64,000 bases of DNA from an uncultured virus (IMG/VR IMGVR_UViG_3300028593_001674) (taxonomy: Duplodnaviria > Heunggongvirae > Uroviricota > Caudoviricetes): the IMG/VR virus record IMGVR_UViG_3300028593_001674; one strand, written 5' to 3'. The position numbers and the translations under genes are program-made. Numbering within the stretch: position 1 is the first letter of the stretch; every line of letters begins with the position of its first letter. Below the pieces are notes generated by a model. The model made no database searches. It was not told where the DNA came from and was given only the letters and a program-made list of their open reading frames with translations. Shown here one piece after another: positions 1-9,033 of the stretch.

Positions 1-4
1 AATA

Positions 5-493
5 TCACACTCCTAAAATCTGCCGTCTCACCCAACCTGCCTCCAGCACATCATAGACATACTGATTTGGCGTGCCTTCTTCAAAATATTTGATATTATC
101 TCCGCCAAGCATCTCAACCGCAAAAGCACCGACTGCTCCGGAACGTGACTGCCCGGCATAGCAGTGAACCAGCAGTGTATCAACCGATTTATGTGCAAGA
201 ATAAACCCGATGATCTGGTCTGCCATCTCATCGTTGAACAGAACAGATCCCTCTACCTCTGTCACGATATCATCAAACATCAACGTAATAACGCCCTTGC
301 AGAACTGATTTTCTGTAAACTGCACACCAAAACCGCCTGTGTGACTGTCCTGAATGGAAATAATAGCGTATGTATCGGTCAATGCTCCCTGCTCCGCAGC
401 TTCGGCAGCCATGCCGAATGGATAGTAATGCTCCATAACATAGTCGAAAGCTCCGTGAACGGATTTTACGAGGACTCTTTTCAACGTATTCAC
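5..493 (-). CDS. protein tyrosine/dual-specificity phosphatase-like protein
   Basis: HCYAGQSRS matches the HCx5R phosphatase loop. Confidence 0.75.
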   Translation of the reverse strand: MNTLKRVLVKSVHGAFDYVMEHYYPFGMAAEAAEQGALTDTYAIISIQDSHTGGFGVQFTENQFCKGVITLMFDDIVTEVEGSVLFNDEMADQIIGFILAHKSVDTLLVHCYAGQSRSGAVGAFAVEMLGGDNIKYFEEGTPNQYVYDVLEAGWVRRQILGV

Positions 494-732
494 GCTCCCT
501 TTATATTGATGACAATACTACAGATCCATAAGTGAGATATCCGCATGAATTAACCGGACTTACATTTTCAATCAAACAAGCATGTACGTTTTTTGCGGAT
601 TCGCTGCGGATCTTTGTCACGCATCATTATGTTGCATTGTGTTTAATCCACATTGCCGGTCGAACGCCTACTTCTTCTCCATCTGCACATTGATTACATT
701 CACACTCCTTGGCAGAGAGAGTTATTATAACT

Positions 733-761
733 ATTATAACATATCTCCTTCGGAATATCAA
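733..761 (-). promoter_or_regulatory. sigma70-type promoter facing the phosphatase gene
   Basis: minus strand TTGATA-N17-TATAAT with extended -10 TG. Confidence 0.55.
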
Positions 762-772
762 GATATAAGTAA

Positions 773-1781
773 ACGTGAGTTCGATGAAAAAGATAGAAAA
801 AACCGTGGAAATCTGTTATAATGAGAATAACGACAAACTCAAAGGAACAGAAAGGCGGTTTTTTCTATGGAGCAAATAGCAATATTTTGTGATACAGATG
901 ATTTTTGCAAGGCATATGAGGAATATTGCAGAAATAAACTTTTGATGGATAAAGAAGAAGTTGTACCCAGAACAAGAATGTCATTAAGTGAAATTATGAC
1001 AATACTGATTATGTATCATCTGTCGGGTTATAAAAATTTTAAATGGTATTATACGAAGCATGTAATGGTACATCAGAGAAAGGATTATCCTGATATTGTA
1101 AGTTACAACCGGTTTGTAGAAATTATGAAATTTGCACTTGTTCCACTTATATTATACACCATAAAGGCACGTTTTGGCAAGTGTTTAGGAATATCTTTTG
1201 TTGACTCCACTCCTTTAAAAGTATGTGATAATCACAGAATACATAATCATCGTGTTTTCAGTGAATATGCAAAAACAGGAAAAAGTTCTATGGGCTGGTT
1301 CTATGGTTTTAAATTGCATCTGATTATCAACGATAAGGGTGAGATCCTGTCTTTCTGCCTTACTTCGGGTAATGTGGACGACAGAAACGAAGCTGTGATG
1401 GATTCGCTGACTAAAGAAATATTTGGAAAACTTTTCGCTGACAGAGGCTATATTTCTCAGAAGCTGTTTGAAAAACTTCTGAAAAAAGATATTACGCTTG
1501 TCACCAGAGCAAAGAAAAATATGAAAAACAAGCTTATGGATTTACAAGACAGACTTATGCTTCGCAAACGTGCTGTCATTGAATCTGTAAATGACTTTCT
1601 GAAAAATATCTGTGATATAGAGCATTCCAGACATCGCAGTGTAACCAATTTCCTTGTCAATCTGGTTTCTGCTCTGGCTGCTTATTCCTTTCTGCCTAAA
1701 AAGCCTTCTGTCTGTTCTGATTCTAATATTCAGGATGGCTTTTTATGCCTCTTTGACTAATTTTTTCTGTCGAACTCACGT
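773..1781 (+). mobile_element. IS982-family insertion sequence
   Basis: terminal IR ACGTGAGTTCGA (773-784) / TCGAACTCACGT (1770-1781), flanked by direct repeat TAAGTAA (766-772, 1782-1788). Confidence 0.9.
867..1760 (+). CDS. IS982-family DDE transposase
   Basis: FVDSTP, GWFYGFKLHL, LFADRGY, RAVIES motifs. Confidence 0.9.
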   Translation: MEQIAIFCDTDDFCKAYEEYCRNKLLMDKEEVVPRTRMSLSEIMTILIMYHLSGYKNFKWYYTKHVMVHQRKDYPDIVSYNRFVEIMKFALVPLILYTIKARFGKCLGISFVDSTPLKVCDNHRIHNHRVFSEYAKTGKSSMGWFYGFKLHLIINDKGEILSFCLTSGNVDDRNEAVMDSLTKEIFGKLFADRGYISQKLFEKLLKKDITLVTRAKKNMKNKLMDLQDRLMLRKRAVIESVNDFLKNICDIEHSRHRSVTNFLVNLVSALAAYSFLPKKPSVCSDSNIQDGFLCLFD

Positions 1782-1829
1782 TAAGTAAGCTCCGTTCCTG
1801 GTTTTCCATATACAAAGAACGAAGCACTC

Positions 1830-2465
1830 TTATTGTGCCGACTTCTCCCAGCACATCTCGGTTAATCCCTTTCTGCTCAACTCCTCCGGATTCCCGTCCG
1901 GTTTGATCCATGCCAGAACGTCCTCTCTCTCAAGAATCAACGGCATCCTGTCATGAAGCCCTCGCAAGTCACCGACAGCATCCCTCGTGATCACCGCAAA
2001 CACGGGTACTTGAATGCCGCCTCGTTCCTCAATACGGTACAATCCGGCAAGCAGCGTAGAATCAGCACCTTTTGGCTGTATCATGTACTTATCGCCAACT
2101 TTAGACTTCTTCCCGTCAGGACTTCTGAAGTGTTCCCACTCATAATACCAACTACAGGGTATCACGCATCGCCGCCGAAACCATGAGTCCTTCCACATCT
2201 CTTTCTGACTTGCTGTCTCAATGCGGCAGTTGACTATCGGCGCATTGGTTGCTTCGTGACTGAATCCCCACAGCATCGGGAACACCGCAGGCTTGCCGTC
2301 TTTGTTGGGAGCAAGCACTGCTGCAACATCGGTCGGACGTATCTCTCCGGACATGGTCAGCGGTTTGCCGAATTTTACCATAATGTCGCCCGCAAGCTGT
2401 GGACGTTGTGCCCGTGTAATGATTGCATGATATTGGTGTGGCTCAACGTGAAAGCGTGTACACAT
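1830..2465 (-). CDS. SOS response-associated peptidase (SRAP/YedK family)
   Basis: N-terminal MC, NCRIET, RRCVIP..YYEW, HDRMPLIL. Confidence 0.88.
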   Translation of the reverse strand: MCTRFHVEPHQYHAIITRAQRPQLAGDIMVKFGKPLTMSGEIRPTDVAAVLAPNKDGKPAVFPMLWGFSHEATNAPIVNCRIETASQKEMWKDSWFRRRCVIPCSWYYEWEHFRSPDGKKSKVGDKYMIQPKGADSTLLAGLYRIEERGGIQVPVFAVITRDAVGDLRGLHDRMPLILEREDVLAWIKPDGNPEELSRKGLTEMCWEKSAQ

Positions 2466-2491
2466 GAGATTCACTCACCTTTCAATGATAA

Positions 2492-2734
2492 TCAGCCTGT
2501 CATCAGCTTTTCTATGATTTCAGAATCTACATCAGCACCATACCGTTCAAAATAGTCTATAATATCCTGCTCCGAGCGAACAAACTCTGCAAAACGAAGC
2601 TTATAAGCATGCTTATCGTAGAAGCCAATCGTTTTCTCGCCTGTGCAGATACTTGATTCTACACGAATATCTTCCGCAGTAAATGGTTCAGGTATCGGCT
2701 GAACAGCTGCTTTATGTTTCTTGAAAAGGCTCAT
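2492..2734 (-). CDS. small hypothetical protein
   Basis: 80-aa ORF overlapping the tdk stop, SICTGEKTIGF. Confidence 0.6.
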   Translation of the reverse strand: MSLFKKHKAAVQPIPEPFTAEDIRVESSICTGEKTIGFYDKHAYKLRFAEFVRSEQDIIDYFERYGADVDSEIIEKLMTG

Positions 2735-3288
2735 GAATTTATCTTCCTTTCCTTATAGTGTTTTCTGCACAGTGCCGTATAGCTTTCATTGCCGCCAAGC
2801 TGTACTTGTTCGCCCTCTGTGACCATCTGCCCATTCAGTATTCGGGCATTGAAGTGAGCCCGTTTGCCGCACCAGCATATCGTCTTGATCTGCTCTATAT
2901 CATCAGCAAGCTCCATAAGCCGCTTTGATCCGGGAAACAGTTCACTTCTGAAATCTGTACGCAGACCGTAGCAGATAACTGTTATATTATGCTTATCTAC
3001 CAAATCACTGAGCTTGTCAATGACATTTGGTGCAAGGAACTGTACCTCATCCACGATGACAGCATCGTAATGCTCGCCGTTGTAGTTTGTGAGGAAATCC
3101 TCTGCATACTCGCAATCTGCTTCTATGCCGATGCGAGAGTGAACGACTTTTGCGCCATCCCTGTCCTCGCATTTCGGCTTCAGCAGTACCACTTTCTTAC
3201 CCTTTTCAAGGTAGTTATACCGCACCATCAGCGCATTTGCAGTCTTGGAGCTGCCCATTGCACCGTATCTGAATATCAGTTTTGCCAT
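2731..3288 (-). CDS. tdk: thymidine kinase
   Basis: YGAMGSSKT P-loop, VDEVQF, YGLRTDF, C-terminal Cys Zn ligands. Confidence 0.93.
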   Translation of the reverse strand: MAKLIFRYGAMGSSKTANALMVRYNYLEKGKKVVLLKPKCEDRDGAKVVHSRIGIEADCEYAEDFLTNYNGEHYDAVIVDEVQFLAPNVIDKLSDLVDKHNITVICYGLRTDFRSELFPGSKRLMELADDIEQIKTICWCGKRAHFNARILNGQMVTEGEQVQLGGNESYTALCRKHYKERKINS

Positions 3289-3293
3289 TTGCT

Positions 3294-4175
3294 TTACTCC
3301 TCATCATCTTCGTGCATGGCTTCATAATGCTCTGCATCCTGCTCACTGGCAATTGATGCCGGATCCAGAATACCAAGTACACGACCAATCAGAATAACAC
3401 TGTCAAAATCAGTAAATGTCATGATATCGTAGTCTTCATTTAATGAGACCAGACCTTCTTCATCGTATACTTTTATATATGTACTATTGCCGATAGCAAA
3501 AGCACCGACCTCGCCGTATTGCAGCTCCGGACATCCGGGATATTTCTCCACAAGAACAAGATCGCCGTCATGATACTCCGGCTCCATACTGTCACCATTG
3601 ACTGGGAATACAAGATCTGCCTGCCGTATCGCTGCATTTGTATTTGGATACAGATAGATCGGCGTTCCGTGATCCTCAAACTCCGCACCGCCGTCAAAGC
3701 CTGCCGCAAGCCCTTTATCGCAGCATATCAGTTTGATGATCTCCGGGAAGTCGCCTGTACTCTCTGCCGCTTCAAGGGAGGATAGCAGACCGTCCATTGC
3801 AATCTGATGCGGATATGACAGCCTACGGTATCGTTCTACCATAGTTTTTTCCTTATCAGTATAGGTTTCTCGCCTGTCATCAATGCCATACAGCTCGTAC
3901 AGCGTGATACCAAGTACCTCGCAAAGCTTAGGAACAACGCTGAAATCCGGACGCGTTCGTCCGTTCTCCCAGTTACTGATTGCATTAGAGGTCACACCGA
4001 TTCTCTCGGCTATCTCCTTTTGTTCCTTGCCCTTACGCTCCCTGTAATATTTGATACGACCTCCGACCGCATGAGCGTCCTTACGATGAGCAGGATCAGA
4101 GATATTACTCTTTTTACCTGGGGACTCCTTGCCGCCGTGTGAAATTAAGATATTGGGTTTCTTTCGCTGCTTCAT
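3294..4175 (-). CDS. XRE HTH / S24 peptidase (CI/LexA-like) repressor
   Basis: HTH ISNWENG; AAG cleavage site; GDSMEP Ser and YIK Lys. Confidence 0.85.
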   Translation of the reverse strand: MKQRKKPNILISHGGKESPGKKSNISDPAHRKDAHAVGGRIKYYRERKGKEQKEIAERIGVTSNAISNWENGRTRPDFSVVPKLCEVLGITLYELYGIDDRRETYTDKEKTMVERYRRLSYPHQIAMDGLLSSLEAAESTGDFPEIIKLICCDKGLAAGFDGGAEFEDHGTPIYLYPNTNAAIRQADLVFPVNGDSMEPEYHDGDLVLVEKYPGCPELQYGEVGAFAIGNSTYIKVYDEEGLVSLNEDYDIMTFTDFDSVILIGRVLGILDPASIASEQDAEHYEAMHEDDEE

Positions 4176-4624
4176 AATAAGCTCTCCCTTCAACAAAAAA
4201 TTGAATAACTGAGATTGTCAATGCTCAAATCAAACAAATATTCTTCTTGAATTCTGTACAACCCTACAAAGTTTATCAAAGACTTTTCAACACTGAAAAT
4301 TTTAGATGTGCGAAAAATGCCGTATCTGGTACATCTTAGACTATATTATAGCACATAAACGGTGTTTTGTCAATAGGAAAACACACTTGAAATTCGTTTG
4401 AAAGTGTGATATAATAGTCTTGTTGGTATTCCGCCTATGGGAAATGATACCCAAAGCGGAGGTGCAGTGTGTCAGCCTTCGGTGTGTGGCTCGCCAGACT
4501 GTTGGTCAGAGTACCAACTTTCGCAATCAACCCACTTTGCCATAAATAAAGAGAAAACAGAAAGTCAGAGCATAAAAGGAGCAGAGGATACAAGAAGTTG
4601 CGATAAAAGCAGGAGGGCTTGTAA

Positions 4625-6592
4625 ATGACTATATACTTAAACAGGGGACCATTTCTTAACATCCCTGACGCACTCCACATCGGACAGTACAAGATTATCA
4701 GGAATCCTGACTGGGACGGAACATTGCCGGATATCATCACATTCACAGATTTCTTGAAATGGAATTACACGCTCGATTATGGACGGTATATCCGTGAGAC
4801 TCACAAATACGGGGTGCTTCCACTGCCGTGGGGTGTACCCGGAAATGCAGCGATTGAGAATGTTATCATTTCAGAGGGATACTATGATCGGATAGACCAC
4901 TTCTCTTTTAATATGTATGTGATCTGCGAGGTATACTTCGTATTGAACGGTTACAGCCAATGCCAGCGGTATGTTGTCTATGGCAAATATGTATCCGGCG
5001 GCGGCTCGAATTTTCTTATAGGAATCGATCTGTATGACGGAAAGTACATCCGGCTTAAAAATCCGCTTGACGACTGCCTTGTGCCGATAATGAACAAGAA
5101 AAAGTACAGCGAAATCGCCAAAGAGATGATAGAGGAGTTTTATCCTTATGAGATAACTGCTCCCTGTCGGATCAATGTCTACGCTCTTGCAAGAGCAATG
5201 GGGTTGGATATAAAATACGCCCGGCTGTCGAAGAACGCCAAGGTTAAGGTGAGATCCAAGCTCATTTTTGATAGACGCGATGTTATTGTTTACGATGAAT
5301 ACGGGAACGAGAAGATAATAACGATCACAAGACCAACAATTTTTGTCGACGAATCTATCAAGAGCAGAGTCGAAGAGTACAGTGCGATCCTGCACGAATG
5401 TGTCCATGCATATCTCCACAACCTGTTCTATGAGCTTCAAAGCCATTATCGCAGGATGATCAATGCCCAGATCCCTGAATTCAACGATTATGGATATTCC
5501 AAAACAAATCGTGCTTCTATAAAATGGATGGAAATTCAGGCTAACTCTATTCCACGATACATCCAGATGCCGCCGGAACAGACCGAAGAAGTTATACTTG
5601 ATTTCTTTGACAGTTTGGTTGGCGAGCCTGACTGGGAGGACTATAGACATCTGATAGATCATGTCAAAGGAAAATTCGGCACAGCACGGAACACTGCAAA
5701 GAGAATGATCGCAGAGCTTGGCTGGAAAGAAGTTCGGGGTGTATACGTTTACAATGTTGCCGGATATGTTGATGATCATGATATAGACTATGATTTTCCC
5801 GAAGATCATACCTATACACTGACGCTGCGCCATATTTCGGAAATTATGGAAATCAGCGATGAATTTACCGATCTTGTAAATTCTGACCGTTTTATTTATC
5901 TGGACGGTCATGTCATTCTGGACAGCGATAAATATGTTGAGCGATTTAACGATCACCCACTTAGATTGAGTGAATATGCTCGCCGGCATATGTCGGAGTG
6001 CTGCCTTGCTTTTAAAATAAATTACGACGATCCCGACTACGACTATACTTTCGGAGAACTGCACAAAGACGACTTAGCACCAATTGAGAACAGAGAGGCT
6101 AATGAAGAACAGATTCGCAGAGTATTAGCTGAGTTTGAAGAGACGGAGAACGAAAATGTGAAACTTCATAAGGTGCCGACAGTCAGTCCCTTTGGACGAG
6201 CAGTACAGTTCCATATGGAAAGATGCAATGTAACTGAGGATGATGTTGCTGAACGCAGCGGTCTGGGCATAAACACTATATCCAATATGCGCAGCGGAAA
6301 ACGAGTTAGACTGGAATCGGTACTTGCCTTCTGTGTGGCTCTTGAACTGGAGGAGGCATTCCGCAGTGATCTTATGGAAAAGGCTGATGTCAAATTCAGC
6401 GCAAAAAGCAAGGCTCACAGGTTCTACCAGACGATGTTAAAATTGTGCCCCGATGCAAATGTATTCCAGTATAATCAGATGTGTGAGGCAGCAGGAGTCA
6501 GACCGTGGACGAAAGAGCGCCAACAGCAAAAGAGAAATACACAGAAAAAATACAGCAACACAACATCACCCAATGCGATCCTCGCTTCGTAA
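4625..6592 (+). CDS. ImmA/IrrE-like metallopeptidase fused to a C-terminal XRE HTH
   Basis: HECVH (HExxH) followed by EIQAN; C-terminal VAERSGLGINTISNMRSG helix-turn-helix. Confidence 0.7.
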   Translation: MTIYLNRGPFLNIPDALHIGQYKIIRNPDWDGTLPDIITFTDFLKWNYTLDYGRYIRETHKYGVLPLPWGVPGNAAIENVIISEGYYDRIDHFSFNMYVICEVYFVLNGYSQCQRYVVYGKYVSGGGSNFLIGIDLYDGKYIRLKNPLDDCLVPIMNKKKYSEIAKEMIEEFYPYEITAPCRINVYALARAMGLDIKYARLSKNAKVKVRSKLIFDRRDVIVYDEYGNEKIITITRPTIFVDESIKSRVEEYSAILHECVHAYLHNLFYELQSHYRRMINAQIPEFNDYGYSKTNRASIKWMEIQANSIPRYIQMPPEQTEEVILDFFDSLVGEPDWEDYRHLIDHVKGKFGTARNTAKRMIAELGWKEVRGVYVYNVAGYVDDHDIDYDFPEDHTYTLTLRHISEIMEISDEFTDLVNSDRFIYLDGHVILDSDKYVERFNDHPLRLSEYARRHMSECCLAFKINYDDPDYDYTFGELHKDDLAPIENREANEEQIRRVLAEFEETENENVKLHKVPTVSPFGRAVQFHMERCNVTEDDVAERSGLGINTISNMRSGKRVRLESVLAFCVALELEEAFRSDLMEKADVKFSAKSKAHRFYQTMLKLCPDANVFQYNQMCEAAGVRPWTKERQQQKRNTQKKYSNTTSPNAILAS

Positions 6593-6665
6593 GCAAACTA
6601 TCATTTCACATTGATGGCAACGTTTAGGAATGAATATTAACACAAATGACGGTTTTACACTGTTT

Positions 6666-6692
6666 AAGGAGGCTTTCGAGCCTCCTTTTTTT
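6666..6692 (+). terminator. intrinsic terminator
   Basis: AAGGAGGCT-TTCG-AGCCTCCTT then T run. Confidence 0.8.
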
Positions 6693-6984
6693 ATGTCCAG
6701 ACGCACTTTTCCAGGACTCAAAAATATTTTTTCTGTAGCTCCCATCAAACTTGGGAGAAATTTGACTTGTTTTCACATTATAATCATATTTCAAACACAT
6801 AGTCAACATTAAATTTAGCTATTTTCAACTACTGATGAAATACAATCCGTAGAATATATTGACATAGTTTACAAAAAGCACCTCCCAAGTTGTATCTATT
6901 CAGTTATCAGAAGAATTCTGCTAAAATAGAAATACAGTCAAGGACATGAAATTTCTCCTCTGTGACTGCGAAACAACACCTCAA

Positions 6985-7327
6985 AGCCGGATGCATACGG
7001 CAGCGGATGTTCATACAGCACTATTTCCCCATAGCCACAGCTATACCCTGTGGGCGATAGACCAAGCTGTATGTTCTTCCTCCGTATGCATCCGGCTATT
7101 TTTCGGCACATAGTACGGATTAATTCAAGTAAAATCATACATTTGTTAGTCAGGGTGCACACTGGCGGACAGATGCTCATAGCGGATATGAAATTCCTCA
7201 CACGGCTATATTTAGCCGTTTGTGATAGTCATATTCGTATGGACATCTTCTGCCTGTGCGCCTTTTTCGTGCAGCGGTGAGTTCTGTGGGCATCTTCCGC
7301 CTGATGTGTTCCTTGAAGAAAGGAACG
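6985..7327 (+). ncRNA. putative structured leader RNA upstream of the sigma-like gene
   Basis: 16-bp perfect inverted repeat 6985-7000/7082-7097 with nested stems; second long stem 7164-7254; hairpin over the RBS. Confidence 0.4.
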
Positions 7328-7330
7328 ACT

Positions 7331-8113
7331 ATGGAAAAGATGGATATCACTGCTAAAACCACACTCGGCGAACTGCTTGCTATCCTCGGTTTGAAGCCTG
7401 GTCAGAAGAAAAAAGGAAAGACACCCACACGATTAAAGCTGACCACATCCGAAGAACCACTTGTGCAGGTTTACGGCAGTACGCTGTACGCAAGCGGATA
7501 TGCTCTCTATGAAAATGGTCTGGGCAGACACTCAGTCATCTGGTTGCCGTACTGCACGAATTTTACTTACTACTTCAATAAACTGCGTGATGCGGAGAAG
7601 GACTATCTGAGGGAAAGTGCGGAAGTACCTGACAAAGCCCTTTTGGAGACTTCTTGGGCAACGATAGTAACTTTATTTGGTGAGGAACGTATCACGCAGA
7701 GTATGAATCGCGGATTTGGTAATGCTGATCCCTCGGCAGATGGTGACTCCATAGATGAAGAAAACGAGAACGAGCCGGAAGATGAGGATATGGAAGGAAG
7801 AAATTTCGTCTGGGATGATGAGACACTCGGCGTTGATCCGCTGGATGCTGTTATTCGCAGGGAGAATCGTGAGGAGATGCTGGCGGCAATGACGGACAAA
7901 CAGCGTGAGGTGTTCGTTCTTTATCATAAGTACGGCTGGACACAGCAGAAAATTGCAGATACGCTCGGAATTTCCAAGATGTCTGTTTGCGAACGTATGA
8001 AGCAGGCAAAAAAGCAAAACGAGAGCCTTTGTAAGCAAAAAATTTTTTTGATAATTTTTCTTTTGACCCCTTACAAACACCCCTCTGAAACGGTATATAG
8101 TAGAGGCTCTTGA
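7331..8113 (+). CDS. sigma70 region-4 domain protein (phage sigma-like regulator)
   Basis: MTDKQREVFVLYHKYGWTQQKIADTLGISKMSV region-4 HTH; AAGGA RBS. Confidence 0.75.
   Translation: MEKMDITAKTTLGELLAILGLKPGQKKKGKTPTRLKLTTSEEPLVQVYGSTLYASGYALYENGLGRHSVIWLPYCTNFTYYFNKLRDAEKDYLRESAEVPDKALLETSWATIVTLFGEERITQSMNRGFGNADPSADGDSIDEENENEPEDEDMEGRNFVWDDETLGVDPLDAVIRRENREEMLAAMTDKQREVFVLYHKYGWTQQKIADTLGISKMSVCERMKQAKKQNESLCKQKIFLIIFLLTPYKHPSETVYSRGS
8066..8103 (+). promoter_or_regulatory. 38-bp repeated motif, copy 1 (putative phage promoter)
   Basis: ACCCCTTACAAACACCCCtCTGAAACGGTATATAGTAG; one mismatch to the copy at 20963. Confidence 0.6.
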
Positions 8114-8202
8114 AAGACCTCTCACAAGAAAACGGCTGCGATGACCGCCGTGACCGACCACATCTATATTGGTCTATTACCATAACCAGAAAGGAAATGC
8201 CT

Positions 8203-8541
8203 ATGAACCCAAACAGAATCCCGAAACACTGCTATAACGGCAGCAATACAAAGAACTGCAAGGTACAGCAGACTGCTGATAAGCTCCACGAAGATGAAAC
8301 GCTGAAAATGCTAGAGAAAAAGATTGATGCAGGAGCTGCTCATATCGGGCTGGTGATTGCCGACATCTTTACATTTCTCACCAAATCGGCGGCGATGCTT
8401 CCAGATATGGAGCTTCACACGGAACTGATTGACCTAACAGCAGATGACAACGGAATTTCCGTGTACATCAGGCGTTCAGACAGCACTGACAATGAAAATT
8501 ACGATGATGAAGAGGAGGAACTTTTGTATGACGGAGACTAA
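8203..8541 (+). CDS. hypothetical phage protein
   Basis: ORF with AAGGA RBS, acidic tail. Confidence 0.55.
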   Translation: MNPNRIPKHCYNGSNTKNCKVQQTADKLHEDETLKMLEKKIDAGAAHIGLVIADIFTFLTKSAAMLPDMELHTELIDLTADDNGISVYIRRSDSTDNENYDDEEEELLYDGD

Positions 8542-9019
8542 AAAGACACCGGAGCCCATTCCGGTAGATGCCAAGAAGCTGATCGATGGACTCGGTACGA
8601 TCTTCGGCGGCGTCATCCAGCTTCTGGCGGCGACTGAACCGAGCATCGCAAAAGAGCTGTCAGATATGGCAATCAATGGTGTAAAGACACCGCCCAATCC
8701 TGCCCCGGCAGAAACTGCACTGAAAGATTTCAACCCCGATGACTTTGAGGAGATCCTCGCTGCTGATGACCTGCCGTGGGATACGGAGCCGGAACAGCCG
8801 AAGGAGCAGCCCAAGAAGAAAGCGACTCCGAAGAAAAAGCCGGAACAGACAGCCCTTTCCCCTGACGATCTGATCCGTGTGGTGACACAGAAAATCAAGA
8901 AAGACCGCAGCAACAAGGAAAAGGTGCTTGCTCTGCTGAAATCCTATGGAGCAACGAAAGTCAGTGACGTTCCTGCGGACAAGTACGAAGCGTTCCTTAC
9001 CGATTTGTCGCAGCTTTAA
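8528..9019 (+). CDS. conserved phage protein preceding DUF2800
   Basis: C-terminal LLKSYGATKVSDVPADKY motif; position in the PolA module. Confidence 0.65.
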   Translation: MTETKKTPEPIPVDAKKLIDGLGTIFGGVIQLLAATEPSIAKELSDMAINGVKTPPNPAPAETALKDFNPDDFEEILAADDLPWDTEPEQPKEQPKKKATPKKKPEQTALSPDDLIRVVTQKIKKDRSNKEKVLALLKSYGATKVSDVPADKYEAFLTDLSQL

Positions 9020-9033
9020 ACGGAGGTGTTGCA

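Noticed and set aside
4437..4628. 63-aa ORF upstream of the ImmA-like gene
   Set aside because: No RBS or recognisable motif; insufficient support
4871..6064. 397-aa antisense ORF
   Set aside because: Shadow of the ImmA-like gene; no motifs
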